64,000 nucleotides of DNA from a virus, in IMG/VR virus record IMGVR_UViG_3300012147_000001, positions 1-64,000 of that record. One strand, written 5' to 3'. The notes below the pieces were generated by a model. That model saw nothing but the letters and a program-made list of their open reading frames with translations. It had not been told where the DNA came from and did not search any database. Of this stretch, positions 18,847 to 29,870 are shown in pieces; the stretch's first letter is position 1; each line of letters starts with the position of its first letter. Both the position numbers and the translations under genes were made by a program.

Positions 18847-21480
18847 CTAGATAGCTGCGATTTCTTTATCAAGTTGCTTTTGTCTTGCGACTATAGCAAA
18901 CTCGGTAAGTTCTTTCGGGTTGAACATTCCGTTAGGAATGACAATTTCATTTTTCCAAGAAGGATAGAAGATACTTAAATCACCACCTAATTTAACAGTG
19001 TCATGTTGTATTTCAGGTAGTTCTTGCCATTGAACACACTCTACTAAATTCTTGTTCATCCAAGCTACTAGCTTTGGGTTATCATCAATAATAAAGTATT
19101 GTGCATCGTGAATATGAGCAATAGGCCAGATTGCTAGTTTCCATTTAGAAGCAAGCACTCTTTTCTTAAACTCAATAGCAGCACGATTGTTTAACATACC
19201 GTAACCTTGACCTAACGCATTACCTGCGGTTCGACCTTCAGCTATAGCTTCGTATGGAGTGAATCTACTATTCCATAAACATTTACCAATGATAGGAGTT
19301 CGTACCTTCAAACCAAAAGCGGTTTCAACATATCCAGTTTGCGATGCAAGTTCTAGTTTAGCTTGAATATACTCAATTGAAACTTTGTATAAATCCAAGA
19401 AACTATTCTCAATAGACTTGGCTGTTTTTTCATCGAAGCCACAGTTAGTCATTAGAGTCTTGTATGTACCTTGATAAGTTAATGCAAAAGTTGGTGCTTT
19501 ACTGTCTTGTCTTACATCTTCATAACGTTTTTTTATAGAATTAATACTTTCTATTGTGTTAACAATATCAGGTAGTCTTTCTGGAAAATATTTAAAAGCT
19601 CTTAAACAATGACCATCATAACCATCACTGTAAACTTTTAGTTTTTCAGGGTCTTTAGTTGTTAATGCAGATATATAATCTTCAAGAGAATTAAAATCTA
19701 ATCCAACCATAAGTTTATGTTTAGGAGCTATAAAACAATCTTTAATAAGTTTTGCATAAGTAGAACCAGAAGGTATTTGCTGCAAGTTAGGATTGCTACA
19801 CGACAAACGACCAGATACCGTACCACCTACATTAAAGTTACCCATAAGATAATAGGTAGCTGAAACTTTGCAGTAGTAAGCATCTTCAAACGCTGGAATA
19901 AACGATGTTAATATTTTAACAGCACTACTAAATTCAATAATTGTATCAAGAATATCTTGGATTATTGGATTAGATGTATGATTTTTAAGTTTTTTAAGTG
20001 TTTTAACACCTGCTGCTGGTAAACCTGTATCTGTTTTATCTAACACAGGTAAATCAAGCATTTCGTACAAAAGTTCAACTAATTGATTAGATGAATTTAT
20101 GTTAATTTCAAATTTAAAAGAATCTGAATGAAGAGGTAAACTTTTCTTTTTCCATTTATTATGTAACTCATGATAAAGAGTACATCTTTTAAATTCTGTA
20201 AAACGTTTAACATAAATGTTTTTATTTATTTGTGTGTAACAATTATTAACAATTTCACTTAATACAGATTTAGCATGTTGAACTTTTACCATGTTTATTG
20301 GCATACCATGAAGTTCAGCTTGCATTAGTACATCAACAGATGGTTTTAAGATTGTGTTGTATATCTCTAATTGACCGTCAGCAACCATTTTAGGGTAGTA
20401 AGTGTCATAAACATACCAAGTACTTAAAGTATCAACTAAATTGTACTGTAGTAGCTTTTTAGTGGGTATTTTAGAGATGTCTTTTATATCGTCATCTTCT
20501 AAAGCATAGTTACCTGCAAATGGTAAAGCCAAAGACTTAAGACCAAGTTCGTTACCAGCACATGAGTTAGTAGCCAAGTAAGCTATAAGCTTAGTGTCTT
20601 CAAACCTAAAAGAGTTAGTAAACATCTCAAGACCTAACAACAGTGCTTCTTTCTTTGAATGGTCAGACTCCATAAGCAATTCCCAAATGAGAATTTTTGC
20701 ATCATAACTAATATTATGCCAAATAAACTTTTTCTTATCCTTTATAAGAAATTTGTAAAAGAACTTTTTTAACAATTTATAAATGCCATAATGTTTAGTA
20801 TTACAATGTCTGCTAACTAAAAAAGCACCACCGTTATGCTTATCCCATGCAAATGAAATAGAGCCTATGCCAGCTTTGTAGTGTTTAAGAGAATATGCTT
20901 CTATATCACAAGAAAGCACATTGTACTGGTGAAGTGAATCTAAAAATGATTCAATTTCTATTTCATCATTTGGATAACAAGCTGAATGAACAATGTCATC
21001 AAAAAGTACTGAACCATCAAAATAACCAGCTACTGCTTTATTAGACAGTGCTATCTTGTCTTGATTTTTAGTGTCATAGAATACAGTTCTGTAGTTAAGA
21101 CTAAGAACTGCTTTAATCTTTTCAAAACCTTTAAAGGTACAGTCACTTACAGTACCGTATGCATGTCCTGTTTTCTTTGCATTAGTCAGTACTTTGTAAT
21201 AAGACGAATCAGTAACAACCAGTAACTCACACTTAATAGTTTCACTTAAGAATGTAAGCCAAGGCTTAATAGTGTCATTTACTTTTGCTTTACCATTAAC
21301 AAAGTCAAGGTTAAGCGCAATAAAATCATCTAATGTAAGTTTTGGATTATTTTTAATGATTGGATTAATGTAATACTTAATAAGCTCGTCTTTATTTAAT
21401 GACTCTTCTTTAGAAAGTATTACTACTTTATAACTTTCTTGCATTAAACCAAATTGAACAAATTTGAGCTTACTAAGCAT
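18847..21480 (-). CDS. Family A DNA polymerase (N4 gp39-like) with 3'-5' exonuclease
   Basis: Exo motifs CDIEAY, HNISYD and YNLVD; TVSGRLSCSNPNLQQIP; motifs A DFNSLE, B RQDSKAPTFALTYQG and C HIHDA. Confidence 0.96.
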   Translation of the reverse strand: MLSKLKFVQFGLMQESYKVVILSKEESLNKDELIKYYINPIIKNNPKLTLDDFIALNLDFVNGKAKVNDTIKPWLTFLSETIKCELLVVTDSSYYKVLTNAKKTGHAYGTVSDCTFKGFEKIKAVLSLNYRTVFYDTKNQDKIALSNKAVAGYFDGSVLFDDIVHSACYPNDEIEIESFLDSLHQYNVLSCDIEAYSLKHYKAGIGSISFAWDKHNGGAFLVSRHCNTKHYGIYKLLKKFFYKFLIKDKKKFIWHNISYDAKILIWELLMESDHSKKEALLLGLEMFTNSFRFEDTKLIAYLATNSCAGNELGLKSLALPFAGNYALEDDDIKDISKIPTKKLLQYNLVDTLSTWYVYDTYYPKMVADGQLEIYNTILKPSVDVLMQAELHGMPINMVKVQHAKSVLSEIVNNCYTQINKNIYVKRFTEFKRCTLYHELHNKWKKKSLPLHSDSFKFEININSSNQLVELLYEMLDLPVLDKTDTGLPAAGVKTLKKLKNHTSNPIIQDILDTIIEFSSAVKILTSFIPAFEDAYYCKVSATYYLMGNFNVGGTVSGRLSCSNPNLQQIPSGSTYAKLIKDCFIAPKHKLMVGLDFNSLEDYISALTTKDPEKLKVYSDGYDGHCLRAFKYFPERLPDIVNTIESINSIKKRYEDVRQDSKAPTFALTYQGTYKTLMTNCGFDEKTAKSIENSFLDLYKVSIEYIQAKLELASQTGYVETAFGLKVRTPIIGKCLWNSRFTPYEAIAEGRTAGNALGQGYGMLNNRAAIEFKKRVLASKWKLAIWPIAHIHDAQYFIIDDNPKLVAWMNKNLVECVQWQELPEIQHDTVKLGGDLSIFYPSWKNEIVIPNGMFNPKELTEFAIVARQKQLDKEIAAI

Positions 21481-21481
21481 A

Positions 21482-22042
21482 TTAAATACCTACTATTTCA
21501 GTTAAAAATCTATAACGGTCATATTGAGTTTTAAACGTTAATTTAAATTCATTAGCATAATCTAAATCATAGTTAGAAATAGTATGCTTTTTTGAAGATT
21601 TTGTTGAAAGATTAGAATTAAACTTAACATCAAAAATAATAATTAATTGTCTAAACATATCATCAAAAATTTCTTGAAAATCTTCAACAGTTTTACAAAC
21701 ACTAAGCATACCGTTTATTAAACCAGTAAACCGCATTTTATCCATGTCTATTTTATTAATTGATGCTAATAACTCTAAACTATCAGCAACAATATCAGGA
21801 TGTGGAGCACTTAAATTCATCCGTAATATGTGTTGTTTTTCAAAAGTTGAAAGGTCACTAACTGAATGAATAAAATTGTAATCATTAAGTACATAACCAC
21901 CTGAATTAGAGTTAATTAAAATACCATTACGAACAACAAGTTCGTCTGTTCTTTGTTGAATCCCTTTAAATAATTCAGTAAAAATATTATCAACAAGGAA
22001 CATTGAAAAATTATTTTTTATATATGAGTTAAATACTGCCAT
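21482..22042 (-). CDS. Conserved hypothetical protein (N4 gp38-like position)
   Basis: 186 aa between helicase and polymerase. Confidence 0.55.
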   Translation of the reverse strand: MAVFNSYIKNNFSMFLVDNIFTELFKGIQQRTDELVVRNGILINSNSGGYVLNDYNFIHSVSDLSTFEKQHILRMNLSAPHPDIVADSLELLASINKIDMDKMRFTGLINGMLSVCKTVEDFQEIFDDMFRQLIIIFDVKFNSNLSTKSSKKHTISNYDLDYANEFKLTFKTQYDRYRFLTEIVGI

Positions 22043-22044
22043 TT

Positions 22045-23340
22045 TTAATCCTTACAAATAAAAACTTTATATCTTGGTCTAGTAGTAGCTACATTTAAAA
22101 GACGATAAAACAACTGTGGATTAGTAATACCTAACATGTCAGTAAAATCTACTATTGCATAATCATAAGTACTACCTTGTGCTTTATGCACTGTGGAAGC
22201 CCACGAATGTCTAATGTCTAAAATAGTTTCACTTAAGTTATAATACTCATTCCAGTTTTTAGCATCTTTATACTTTTTTAAAATTGCATAAAATTGATGA
22301 AAGTCAGAAGGTACTGAAAATTGTGCGTTTCCTGTTTCCTGAAATAAAACATTTCTAAGCTTTAACCCACTATCAGTTACGTATTCATCACCTAATTTAC
22401 GAACAGTAAGTTTTTGTTCGTTACGGATAACACATTGACCAAAAGTATAAAATTTATTGGAAGTTACTTGCTGTCCTACATGGAAAAAAGTATCACCATA
22501 TTTGGCTTTACAAATTTGGTTATTGTAATCAACAACAACTTTATTTTTATAAGCTAAAATTTTAGTATCAAAATCGTTATCAACTAAATGGTGTTTAATT
22601 AATTCATCTAAATCAGCACGTTTTACAATTTCAAAAGTGTTATCAAATAACAATTGCTCAACGTTACCAGTGTCTATAGCTCTCTCAAAAGCCATAGAAT
22701 TTAAATGTATAGCTGAACCATTAGGATAACGAAAACGTTCTGTAAGCTCGTATACAGGAATATCTGGAGCAAATATTGGAGATGTACTCGAACCAACAGG
22801 CGTAGCCTGATAAAAATCAGCAATAAAAATAACGTTTAAATCTTTATCAAGTAATTGGTCTTTAATGTGTGACCACAAAATCCCATCAGTGTAACTGGCT
22901 TCATCAATAATAATTAATGAGTTTTTAGGAAAAGCCATACAACTTTGTCTTAGATTGCGACTAACTTTAGTTTGTCCTGTGTTGTAATCAGTAAAAACTT
23001 TAAGAGTAAGTAAACTGTAAATAGTTTTACAAGTAAGCAAACCAAATTCATTTTCTAAATTTTTAGCAACTAAATCAGATATTACTGCTAATGCTTTATT
23101 AGTAGTAGCACACAAAAAAACATTACTAGAAGACATTTTTTTAGTTTCTGAATCAATAAGACGTTGTATTTCATTAAACTTAAGAAAATGGCGTACTATC
23201 ATTTCAATTACAGTAGTTTTACCAGTTCCTGCTGGCCCTTGTATGCGAAGAGTTTGTTGTTTTGGGTTAGAAAACATTTGAGACAAAACAGGAGTTAAAT
23301 TAAGTTTGTCTTGAGATAATTTATTTAAGTCAAAAGTCAT
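22045..23340 (-). CDS. SF1B Dda/RecD-like DNA helicase
   Basis: GPAGTGKT, ATTNKA, IIDEAS and TVHKAQGSTYD motifs. Confidence 0.92.
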   Translation of the reverse strand: MTFDLNKLSQDKLNLTPVLSQMFSNPKQQTLRIQGPAGTGKTTVIEMIVRHFLKFNEIQRLIDSETKKMSSSNVFLCATTNKALAVISDLVAKNLENEFGLLTCKTIYSLLTLKVFTDYNTGQTKVSRNLRQSCMAFPKNSLIIIDEASYTDGILWSHIKDQLLDKDLNVIFIADFYQATPVGSSTSPIFAPDIPVYELTERFRYPNGSAIHLNSMAFERAIDTGNVEQLLFDNTFEIVKRADLDELIKHHLVDNDFDTKILAYKNKVVVDYNNQICKAKYGDTFFHVGQQVTSNKFYTFGQCVIRNEQKLTVRKLGDEYVTDSGLKLRNVLFQETGNAQFSVPSDFHQFYAILKKYKDAKNWNEYYNLSETILDIRHSWASTVHKAQGSTYDYAIVDFTDMLGITNPQLFYRLLNVATTRPRYKVFICKD

Positions 23341-23717
23341 TAGAAAGGTCTATCCTCTTCGCCATCCAATAAAGTATTCATTGCTCTTAAATCTATATTT
23401 AAATGATGAGCAATTTTAATTCTTCTAAATTTAACAACATTAAGAGTTTTAATGGTTATTTCATTAAAAGAATGTACTTTAGGGATGGTCATTTCATTGT
23501 TATAACTTACATCTAATTCTTCACTTTTATGAAAAAGTTTCATAAAAGCTACTGCATCAGCGTATTCCATAACAATAGATTTGCTTGAGTGGGGTGATAA
23601 CGTAATAATAGCTAAATCGTTTTTTTCTTTTTCAAAAAAAGAAGACAACTCAGTACTTTTAATAAAGTCATCAAGTTTATTTTTAATTAATTCATTATCA
23701 GTTATTAATTCAGACAT
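23340..23717 (-). CDS. Hypothetical protein
   Basis: ORF in operon; start taken at MSELIT. Confidence 0.55.
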   Translation of the reverse strand: MSELITDNELIKNKLDDFIKSTELSSFFEKEKNDLAIITLSPHSSKSIVMEYADAVAFMKLFHKSEELDVSYNNEMTIPKVHSFNEITIKTLNVVKFRRIKIAHHLNIDLRAMNTLLDGEEDRPF

Positions 23718-23718
23718 G

Positions 23719-23919
23719 TTATATCTCAAATTTTAAATGAGTTTCAAAAGCTTGAATCCAAGCTTTATGAATTTCGTTAATGTTCATATTAGAATGACCT
23801 TCTAATGCATATTTATAGCTTAATTCAGCTACTGCATCTATACGGTTTTCAGTGTTTTGAGTACGTTCTAATAAAGCATCGTTTTCTTTAATTAATTGTT
23901 CAATTAATTTCTGGGTCAT
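23719..23919 (-). CDS. Hypothetical protein
   Basis: 66-aa coiled-coil-like ORF. Confidence 0.5.
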   Translation of the reverse strand: MTQKLIEQLIKENDALLERTQNTENRIDAVAELSYKYALEGHSNMNINEIHKAWIQAFETHLKFEI

Positions 23920-25129
23920 ATAGAATTACACTACCAAAGTCAGGTTTAAATCGGTCATTATCGTAAATAACCCAAATTACAGGAAAGTTAATTTTTTCTG
24001 GTTTATCATAAGGTCTGAAATAACCATCTGTAAATATAACAGCAACAACAGGAGGATTTTGTATCCAATGTTCTAATAAGGGATAAACATTAGTTCCACC
24101 AGTATCTTTAAATTCAATACCATCTAATGATTGATAACGGTCTACTTCTTTAATGTCTGAAATTTCATGATGCCATTGAATAATTTCAGTAACTTCAGGA
24201 CTAAGAACAGATTTAATTTGTTCAATTTCAGATTTAAAACAATTAAATTGTTGGTCACAAACAGAACCAGAAATATCAATACCACATGCAAGCCTTCCCA
24301 TACCTAAAGAGTATAAACTAGGAATAATTAAATCTGGCATATAACGTTTGTTTGGACGTTTGTATGAATAATCATCACGCACTAAATCAAACATATAATT
24401 ACGTAGTAAAGTAGCCCAATCAACTCTTGGATTCACTAATTCTTCAATACGTTCTGCAACGCTACTAGGTACATCTTCAGTTGAACCATCAGCATCAGGA
24501 TTCATTTTAGAAGCAACAGATGCTTTAACTAAAAGTTCATCTATTTTTTGCTGTATTTGTTCTTTGCTTAACGCACCTTTAGGAGCTGTAGCACCTTTAC
24601 CAACTGAAGGAGTGAAATCAGGTTGAAAGTTGGGATTTTGTGTATTGTTTTTCATTAAATCATTATAGATTTGCTCAGTAGTCATATTGCTATATTTAAC
24701 GTTACAACAAGCATTTTGAGGAATAGAATACCCTTTTTCTTTAAGCATAAGATTAATAGCATGGTCAGCAGCTTCGTTAAATGTTTTAAAACATGCACTA
24801 TTTAGTTTTGGGTCTTCATCATATCCTGCTAAATCGGTATAACGTGTAATATGTTCAAATGCTACATGCCATGTTTCATGAGCTAATAAAAAAACTCTTT
24901 GTGGTGCAGTAAAATCTAAAAAGAAAGTTGGATTAATACGTAAAGTAACGCCATCTACATTTGCTGTTGGTACAGAAGCATCCCATTTTAGTTTTAAGCT
25001 AAAGAGCATAGTAGTAGTAAACACACTTTTTTTAATAGAAATAAGCTGTAATTTTGCTTTATCTAAAGCAGCATTAGCTTGTTTTAATACTTCAGGTGCA
25101 ATTTGCACTTCTTGCTCTTTGTCAGACAT
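23900..25129 (-). CDS. Metallopeptidase-like plus vWA domain protein (N4 gp25-like)
   Basis: HExxH (AHETWH), MIDAS-type IDISGS, GGT and FTDG. Confidence 0.88.
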   Translation of the reverse strand: MSDKEQEVQIAPEVLKQANAALDKAKLQLISIKKSVFTTTMLFSLKLKWDASVPTANVDGVTLRINPTFFLDFTAPQRVFLLAHETWHVAFEHITRYTDLAGYDEDPKLNSACFKTFNEAADHAINLMLKEKGYSIPQNACCNVKYSNMTTEQIYNDLMKNNTQNPNFQPDFTPSVGKGATAPKGALSKEQIQQKIDELLVKASVASKMNPDADGSTEDVPSSVAERIEELVNPRVDWATLLRNYMFDLVRDDYSYKRPNKRYMPDLIIPSLYSLGMGRLACGIDISGSVCDQQFNCFKSEIEQIKSVLSPEVTEIIQWHHEISDIKEVDRYQSLDGIEFKDTGGTNVYPLLEHWIQNPPVVAVIFTDGYFRPYDKPEKINFPVIWVIYDNDRFKPDFGSVILYDPEIN

Positions 25130-25130
25130 A

Positions 25131-25346
25131 TTAATTCCTTAATAATTTTGTTCTATGATGGGGATAAGCAAAAGGTATTTCATACATCATTATGTTGTTA
25201 ATTTTACATCTAAATGTTGTTACGTTTTGCTTATATAAATAATCGTCAATGATTTCAGTAGATTTAATCGAAACTGGTACATACAAATCTGAGCACCAGT
25301 TTGATAAATCTAAATCAGCATCTTTTAATTTTTGATAAACATTCAT
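25131..25346 (-). CDS. Hypothetical protein
   Basis: 71-aa ORF with a SDLYV...EIPFAY motif. Confidence 0.6.
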   Translation of the reverse strand: MNVYQKLKDADLDLSNWCSDLYVPVSIKSTEIIDDYLYKQNVTTFRCKINNIMMYEIPFAYPHHRTKLLRN

Positions 25347-26392
25347 TAAAAAAGTTTTTTAGCGTTAACATCCAACCATTCAATAAAAGCTAGATTGCTT
25401 TTAAGTTCTGGCTTGTTAGCACCAATCTTTTTAATTGCTGAAACTTGATGTTCTACAGGTAAACGTTCTACATATTTCATAACATCTCTAATGTTAGTAG
25501 AAGTTGTTCTGTCACCAATAACACCAGCAACAGCAAACATTGCACTTGGTTCTTCAGGAATTGGTGCAGTAGTAGGATTTAATTCAATTTGTTCAAACTT
25601 AACTAAATCTTTATAAATTTCTAAAAATGCACGAAACTCAGTACCAACACCTTTGCCAACAGTACCTGCATAAAGTGGCATCCATTCATAATCATGAGCA
25701 TTAGCACCTTTAGGTAGCTTGCGAATTACTTTACTTAAAAATTCTATTGTACGAGAACAAGCAAATGTTTTATCTGAATGAGAAGGGTCAAAAGAATTTA
25801 ACACACTTGGTTTGTGCTCAACATAAGCAATAACACGAGAATCGTATTTAGCATTAATAGCAAATTCAATCCATTCTTGTGCATTGGCTTCCATTTCAAA
25901 ATGAACCATACGAGATTGCAGTGCAGTAGACATTCTAGATGCAACAGCATTATCTTTAATACCGTTACCAGCAGCCATTATAATGACTTTTGAATGTAAC
26001 TTATGCTCACCTACCATTCTATCTAAAATAAGCTTATATGCAGCCGCTTGAATAGCAGGAGGTGCAGCAGTGATTTCATCTAAGAACAACAACCAACCTG
26101 CTTTACCTTCAGGTAATTCATCTAAACCTTCCAATGGAAAAATTGAAGGTGGAAGATAATCAGCTCTTTTTGTTTGTAAATTTGGAGCAATAAAACCTGT
26201 TAAATCAGTTGGGTCAACAGTACTTAATCTAAGGTCAATCATTTGTAAGTTAAAATCATTACAAATTTCAGCACCTATTGCTGATTTACCAATTCCCGGA
26301 CTTGAAGTAAGCATTGGACATAATCCAGACATTAAAACAGGTAAAATTGCACGTTTTGCGCTTTTAGGTGTAATAGAATATTTGATAGCCAT
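25346..26392 (-). CDS. MoxR-like AAA+ ATPase (N4 gp24-like)
   Basis: SSPGIGKS, IDLRLS, LFLDE and AAGN; paired with the vWA gene. Confidence 0.9.
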   Translation of the reverse strand: MAIKYSITPKSAKRAILPVLMSGLCPMLTSSPGIGKSAIGAEICNDFNLQMIDLRLSTVDPTDLTGFIAPNLQTKRADYLPPSIFPLEGLDELPEGKAGWLLFLDEITAAPPAIQAAAYKLILDRMVGEHKLHSKVIIMAAGNGIKDNAVASRMSTALQSRMVHFEMEANAQEWIEFAINAKYDSRVIAYVEHKPSVLNSFDPSHSDKTFACSRTIEFLSKVIRKLPKGANAHDYEWMPLYAGTVGKGVGTEFRAFLEIYKDLVKFEQIELNPTTAPIPEEPSAMFAVAGVIGDRTTSTNIRDVMKYVERLPVEHQVSAIKKIGANKPELKSNLAFIEWLDVNAKKLF

Positions 26393-26452
26393 GTGGTAAT
26401 TTCCTTTATAAAATAAAAATAGCTACTACACATTAATGCAGTAGCATTGAGA

Positions 26453-27532
26453 TTAATCTTCTGCTAAACCAATAACTTTATAACTACAAGTACGAGCTTT
26501 TGTGAATTGATAGTCTGGTGGGATAGCAACAAAGTCTTGAGGACGTACTACGACCTTAACAATAATACCACTGCTACCATAACCACTTGATTGTAAATAC
26601 TGCTTGGCACAAACATGTAATCCATGAGAACAAGTTTGCTTATAATCAGCATTAACTTCACTTCTACGCATTGTCACAGTGTCACCAATATTATTTGGTA
26701 TTTTGCCACTGTAGCAATCAGTGAAATCAAGATTAACACGCTTATAGCATTCAACATTACCTTCAGGGGTAATAGTAACGCCAGCATGTTTAATTAGCTT
26801 CCACAAGTGAGTAAATATGTGGTGAGATGGTGTCATCATAAGGTTTTCATAGAAACGCAACATGTGTTCTATTGGTTCATCACGATTAAACATGTCAACA
26901 ACGTCTTCAACGATGTCATTTTTAACAACAGAACCATTAAAAATTAAACCATGCTCACTAACAACAAAACCACCAAGACAAAGACTTTTCATTTTATGCT
27001 TTAGCGACATTTTTTCTAAAGCAGCATCATAGTCAGCCACCGCAAGGTGGTGTATTATTTCATCATAGTTTTCGTGAGAGTGTTGTACAGAAATGGTTTC
27101 ACCATCATCCAGTAACACGCTAATGAAACGTTTTTTGTCTACTGTCCAAGATATTATTTGAGCAGCTTCAACGACAACACCAGTAGTTTTTACTGGCTCT
27201 TTGGTAGGTGTCATTTCAGTGTCTGAGTTAGACAACTCACGAGTTTCAACTTCAGTTTCAACAGTAATATTGGACTGAACTTTTTGTTTTTCAACATTAG
27301 CAGTTTCAACTACTTCTGGTTCAGGTGTTAACTTGGTTTTAGTAGAAGCTGGCACATGTTTAGCTTGTTTTAAGCCAACATCGTCTAAAACGCGATTAAG
27401 AGTACGTAAACTAGTGTCAAATTCTTCTGCAAACTTAGTTTTGTTTACAGGAGCTTTCAACAAGCGTTTTTCATACTCAGCAATCATTTTTTTATTACGT
27501 ATTTCTATTTCAAGTTCTTTAGTTGTTTTCAT
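26453..27532 (-). CDS. rIIB: rIIB-like protein
   Basis: YKRV..DFTDCYSGK, CSHGLH and V.P.DFVAIP.DY...KAR.C.Y. Confidence 0.9.
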   Translation of the reverse strand: MKTTKELEIEIRNKKMIAEYEKRLLKAPVNKTKFAEEFDTSLRTLNRVLDDVGLKQAKHVPASTKTKLTPEPEVVETANVEKQKVQSNITVETEVETRELSNSDTEMTPTKEPVKTTGVVVEAAQIISWTVDKKRFISVLLDDGETISVQHSHENYDEIIHHLAVADYDAALEKMSLKHKMKSLCLGGFVVSEHGLIFNGSVVKNDIVEDVVDMFNRDEPIEHMLRFYENLMMTPSHHIFTHLWKLIKHAGVTITPEGNVECYKRVNLDFTDCYSGKIPNNIGDTVTMRRSEVNADYKQTCSHGLHVCAKQYLQSSGYGSSGIIVKVVVRPQDFVAIPPDYQFTKARTCSYKVIGLAED

Positions 27533-29864
27533 CAGTTACGATTCCTTTAAAGTTAAATTTTAATAATTGAATAACGATATTTTTATCAGTTACCCCATCA
27601 ACAAGTGTCAGAGTTGGTTTATTTTGTTTAATAATATCAACTCTTTTTGTGACACGTTTAGCAAGAGACTTACCTTCAGTTATAGCAATTCTCAAACTTT
27701 CTTTTGTAATAAACCTACTTGATAAGTATTTATGGTCTACTTCTGACGGAATAACATCAGGTAAAAACTTAAAGAAATGTTTGTGAACAATTGGATAAAT
27801 ATCACTTCTAGTTAAAACGCTTGCTAAACCTCTGTAAGAAACATTACTTTTGTATTCTTCGTATTTTCTGTACGTTAAATATTGAGCAGATAATTCGCTT
27901 CTTTGAGATTCAGTGATTTGAGTAGTAAGATTTTTAGTTAGTGTGTCGAAGACACAAAACTCTAGTCCATCTTTTTCAACTAGCTTTGTAGCGTAGCTTT
28001 GAGGTACTTTAAATACAGCAACGTTAACATCTAAATAAACACATAATGCTTTCATTAAATTATGGTCAGCCATACGATAATTATTATCGTAAATAGCAAC
28101 AAAGTAAGTTGGTTTAAAAACACCTTCTAGATATTTATTTTTGATTATATTGGCAGTTTTAAAAGAGTAAGTGCCACTAAAATCAATGTCTTTACATCTA
28201 CCATTACCTGAGTATGCAACTGTAGGAATTACTTTAGTTGGTTGATAAGTGCTTCCGCTAGACTGACGCGCTATACGTTCAGCTTTAGGAATATCTTCCA
28301 AATCAATTATTTCTACATTTTCATAATACTTTTCAAACACTGGTTTAAAAGTATCTATTTGAGCATCACTTAAACAAAGGTACTTATCAAAAGCTGCTTC
28401 ATGTTTTGTATAAACACTAAGTACTTCTTTTTCACGATTATAATAATGATTGTAATGCTGTTTAGCTCTGTACAAACCAGATTCAGGTAATTCTCCTTGT
28501 TCTGACCAATAACTTATTTTTTTAATATAGCTTGGACATTTTCTAACAATAGCAATGCTTTTGGATTCGCCAAATCTAAATCCAGTATCAGAATTACCCA
28601 TTTTTTTAGCTTTTTCACCTTCAGTAACAACAAAATCTATGTAGATGTCATCAACTTTTGCAGCTTCTTTTAAATCTCGTCTGAGATTATTATTAAAAAC
28701 TTTGTCGATTTCTGTAAGCAAAATAGGATTTTTTGAAAATGGAGTTTTAGACTTAATTTTTCTAGCTAAATAAGTCAACATACCTTCGTTAGGTGAGTTT
28801 TCCACAATAAAATTACACTTTTGAACAAAGGGTAAGTGTCTTGCTTTAAACGCAACAGTAACTGCTTTTCTTCTGTAGTGAGCAAACATACGAGACATTA
28901 ATGCGTTAAGCACATCATTAGTACGTTCTGTGTAATCTAAATCTTCTCTAGAAGGTTTTATGTCTACACTGTCAACTGGTAAGTCTAAAAGTAAAGAATT
29001 AACACCTGATACATCTTCAATCTTGTTTAGTGTTTCAGAGTAGTCACTATAAAACTCTGATGTAACGTTAATAGGATATACAACACATCCCATACGAACA
29101 GCAAGTGCATCATTAATGCATGACTCATAAACATTAACAGTAGTTTTTTTATCAACAAGATTACCTTCATCATCTGGTATACAGATAGTTGCAGTTACTG
29201 GAAAAGACCTAGCTGTTTCAAGGTCAAACCTGTACTCAAAATCTATTAAGTAATCTCTGTTCAAGATTGTTGGCTTAACATCAAATGCAGCAAGTTGTGT
29301 TTTAGCAGCATTATTGAAACGATAAAAGTCTTCTTCTTTAACAGGCACTTTAACTTCTACACCGTCAGGGTTGTCAGTAATATCTTCTAATAGAAGCTCT
29401 AATGGCGTAGTGTTCTGTAATGAAGAACTTTGGTAAATACGTCTAATACCGTCTTTGTAAGTGGTAATGAAAAACGTATCTGTATATGCAGCAGGTGATT
29501 TACCACCAACACCCCAACCACCAATAGAATTACTGGTTGAGTTTTTAGTTGATTCACCTAAGATACCATACACATTAAAAACTGTTTTGTTATCCATACT
29601 GCAACCAAAATCTCTAACTATAAAGTTTGGATTCATTTTTGAAGGTAGGGTAACGTGAAATGGTACTTCTGGTTTGCCAGCAGCAATGTGACCGTCTAAA
29701 GCATTAGTAGAGATTTCTCTTACAATAGCTTCGATTGGACGAATATAAAGACCTTTAGTAACAATTCTAAAAATAGTATTGTTTATTGTGGTTTTATGTA
29801 CATTAGATTCTATTGGTTTAGAACCACCTCTAATAGTTTGTTCTTTTGATATATTAAGTCTCAT
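27519..29864 (-). CDS. rIIA: rIIA-like protein (GHKL ATPase N-terminus)
   Basis: LY..PIEAIVREISTNALD, VRDFG and STK...IGGWGVGGKSP. Confidence 0.9.
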   Translation of the reverse strand: MRLNISKEQTIRGGSKPIESNVHKTTINNTIFRIVTKGLYIRPIEAIVREISTNALDGHIAAGKPEVPFHVTLPSKMNPNFIVRDFGCSMDNKTVFNVYGILGESTKNSTSNSIGGWGVGGKSPAAYTDTFFITTYKDGIRRIYQSSSLQNTTPLELLLEDITDNPDGVEVKVPVKEEDFYRFNNAAKTQLAAFDVKPTILNRDYLIDFEYRFDLETARSFPVTATICIPDDEGNLVDKKTTVNVYESCINDALAVRMGCVVYPINVTSEFYSDYSETLNKIEDVSGVNSLLLDLPVDSVDIKPSREDLDYTERTNDVLNALMSRMFAHYRRKAVTVAFKARHLPFVQKCNFIVENSPNEGMLTYLARKIKSKTPFSKNPILLTEIDKVFNNNLRRDLKEAAKVDDIYIDFVVTEGEKAKKMGNSDTGFRFGESKSIAIVRKCPSYIKKISYWSEQGELPESGLYRAKQHYNHYYNREKEVLSVYTKHEAAFDKYLCLSDAQIDTFKPVFEKYYENVEIIDLEDIPKAERIARQSSGSTYQPTKVIPTVAYSGNGRCKDIDFSGTYSFKTANIIKNKYLEGVFKPTYFVAIYDNNYRMADHNLMKALCVYLDVNVAVFKVPQSYATKLVEKDGLEFCVFDTLTKNLTTQITESQRSELSAQYLTYRKYEEYKSNVSYRGLASVLTRSDIYPIVHKHFFKFLPDVIPSEVDHKYLSSRFITKESLRIAITEGKSLAKRVTKRVDIIKQNKPTLTLVDGVTDKNIVIQLLKFNFKGIVTDENN

Positions 29865-29870
29865 TTGGAA

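Noticed and set aside
18648-18847. Group I intron interrupting the DNA polymerase
   Set aside because: The polymerase is complete (motifs A-C) before the gap; no downstream exon or P7 consensus recognised
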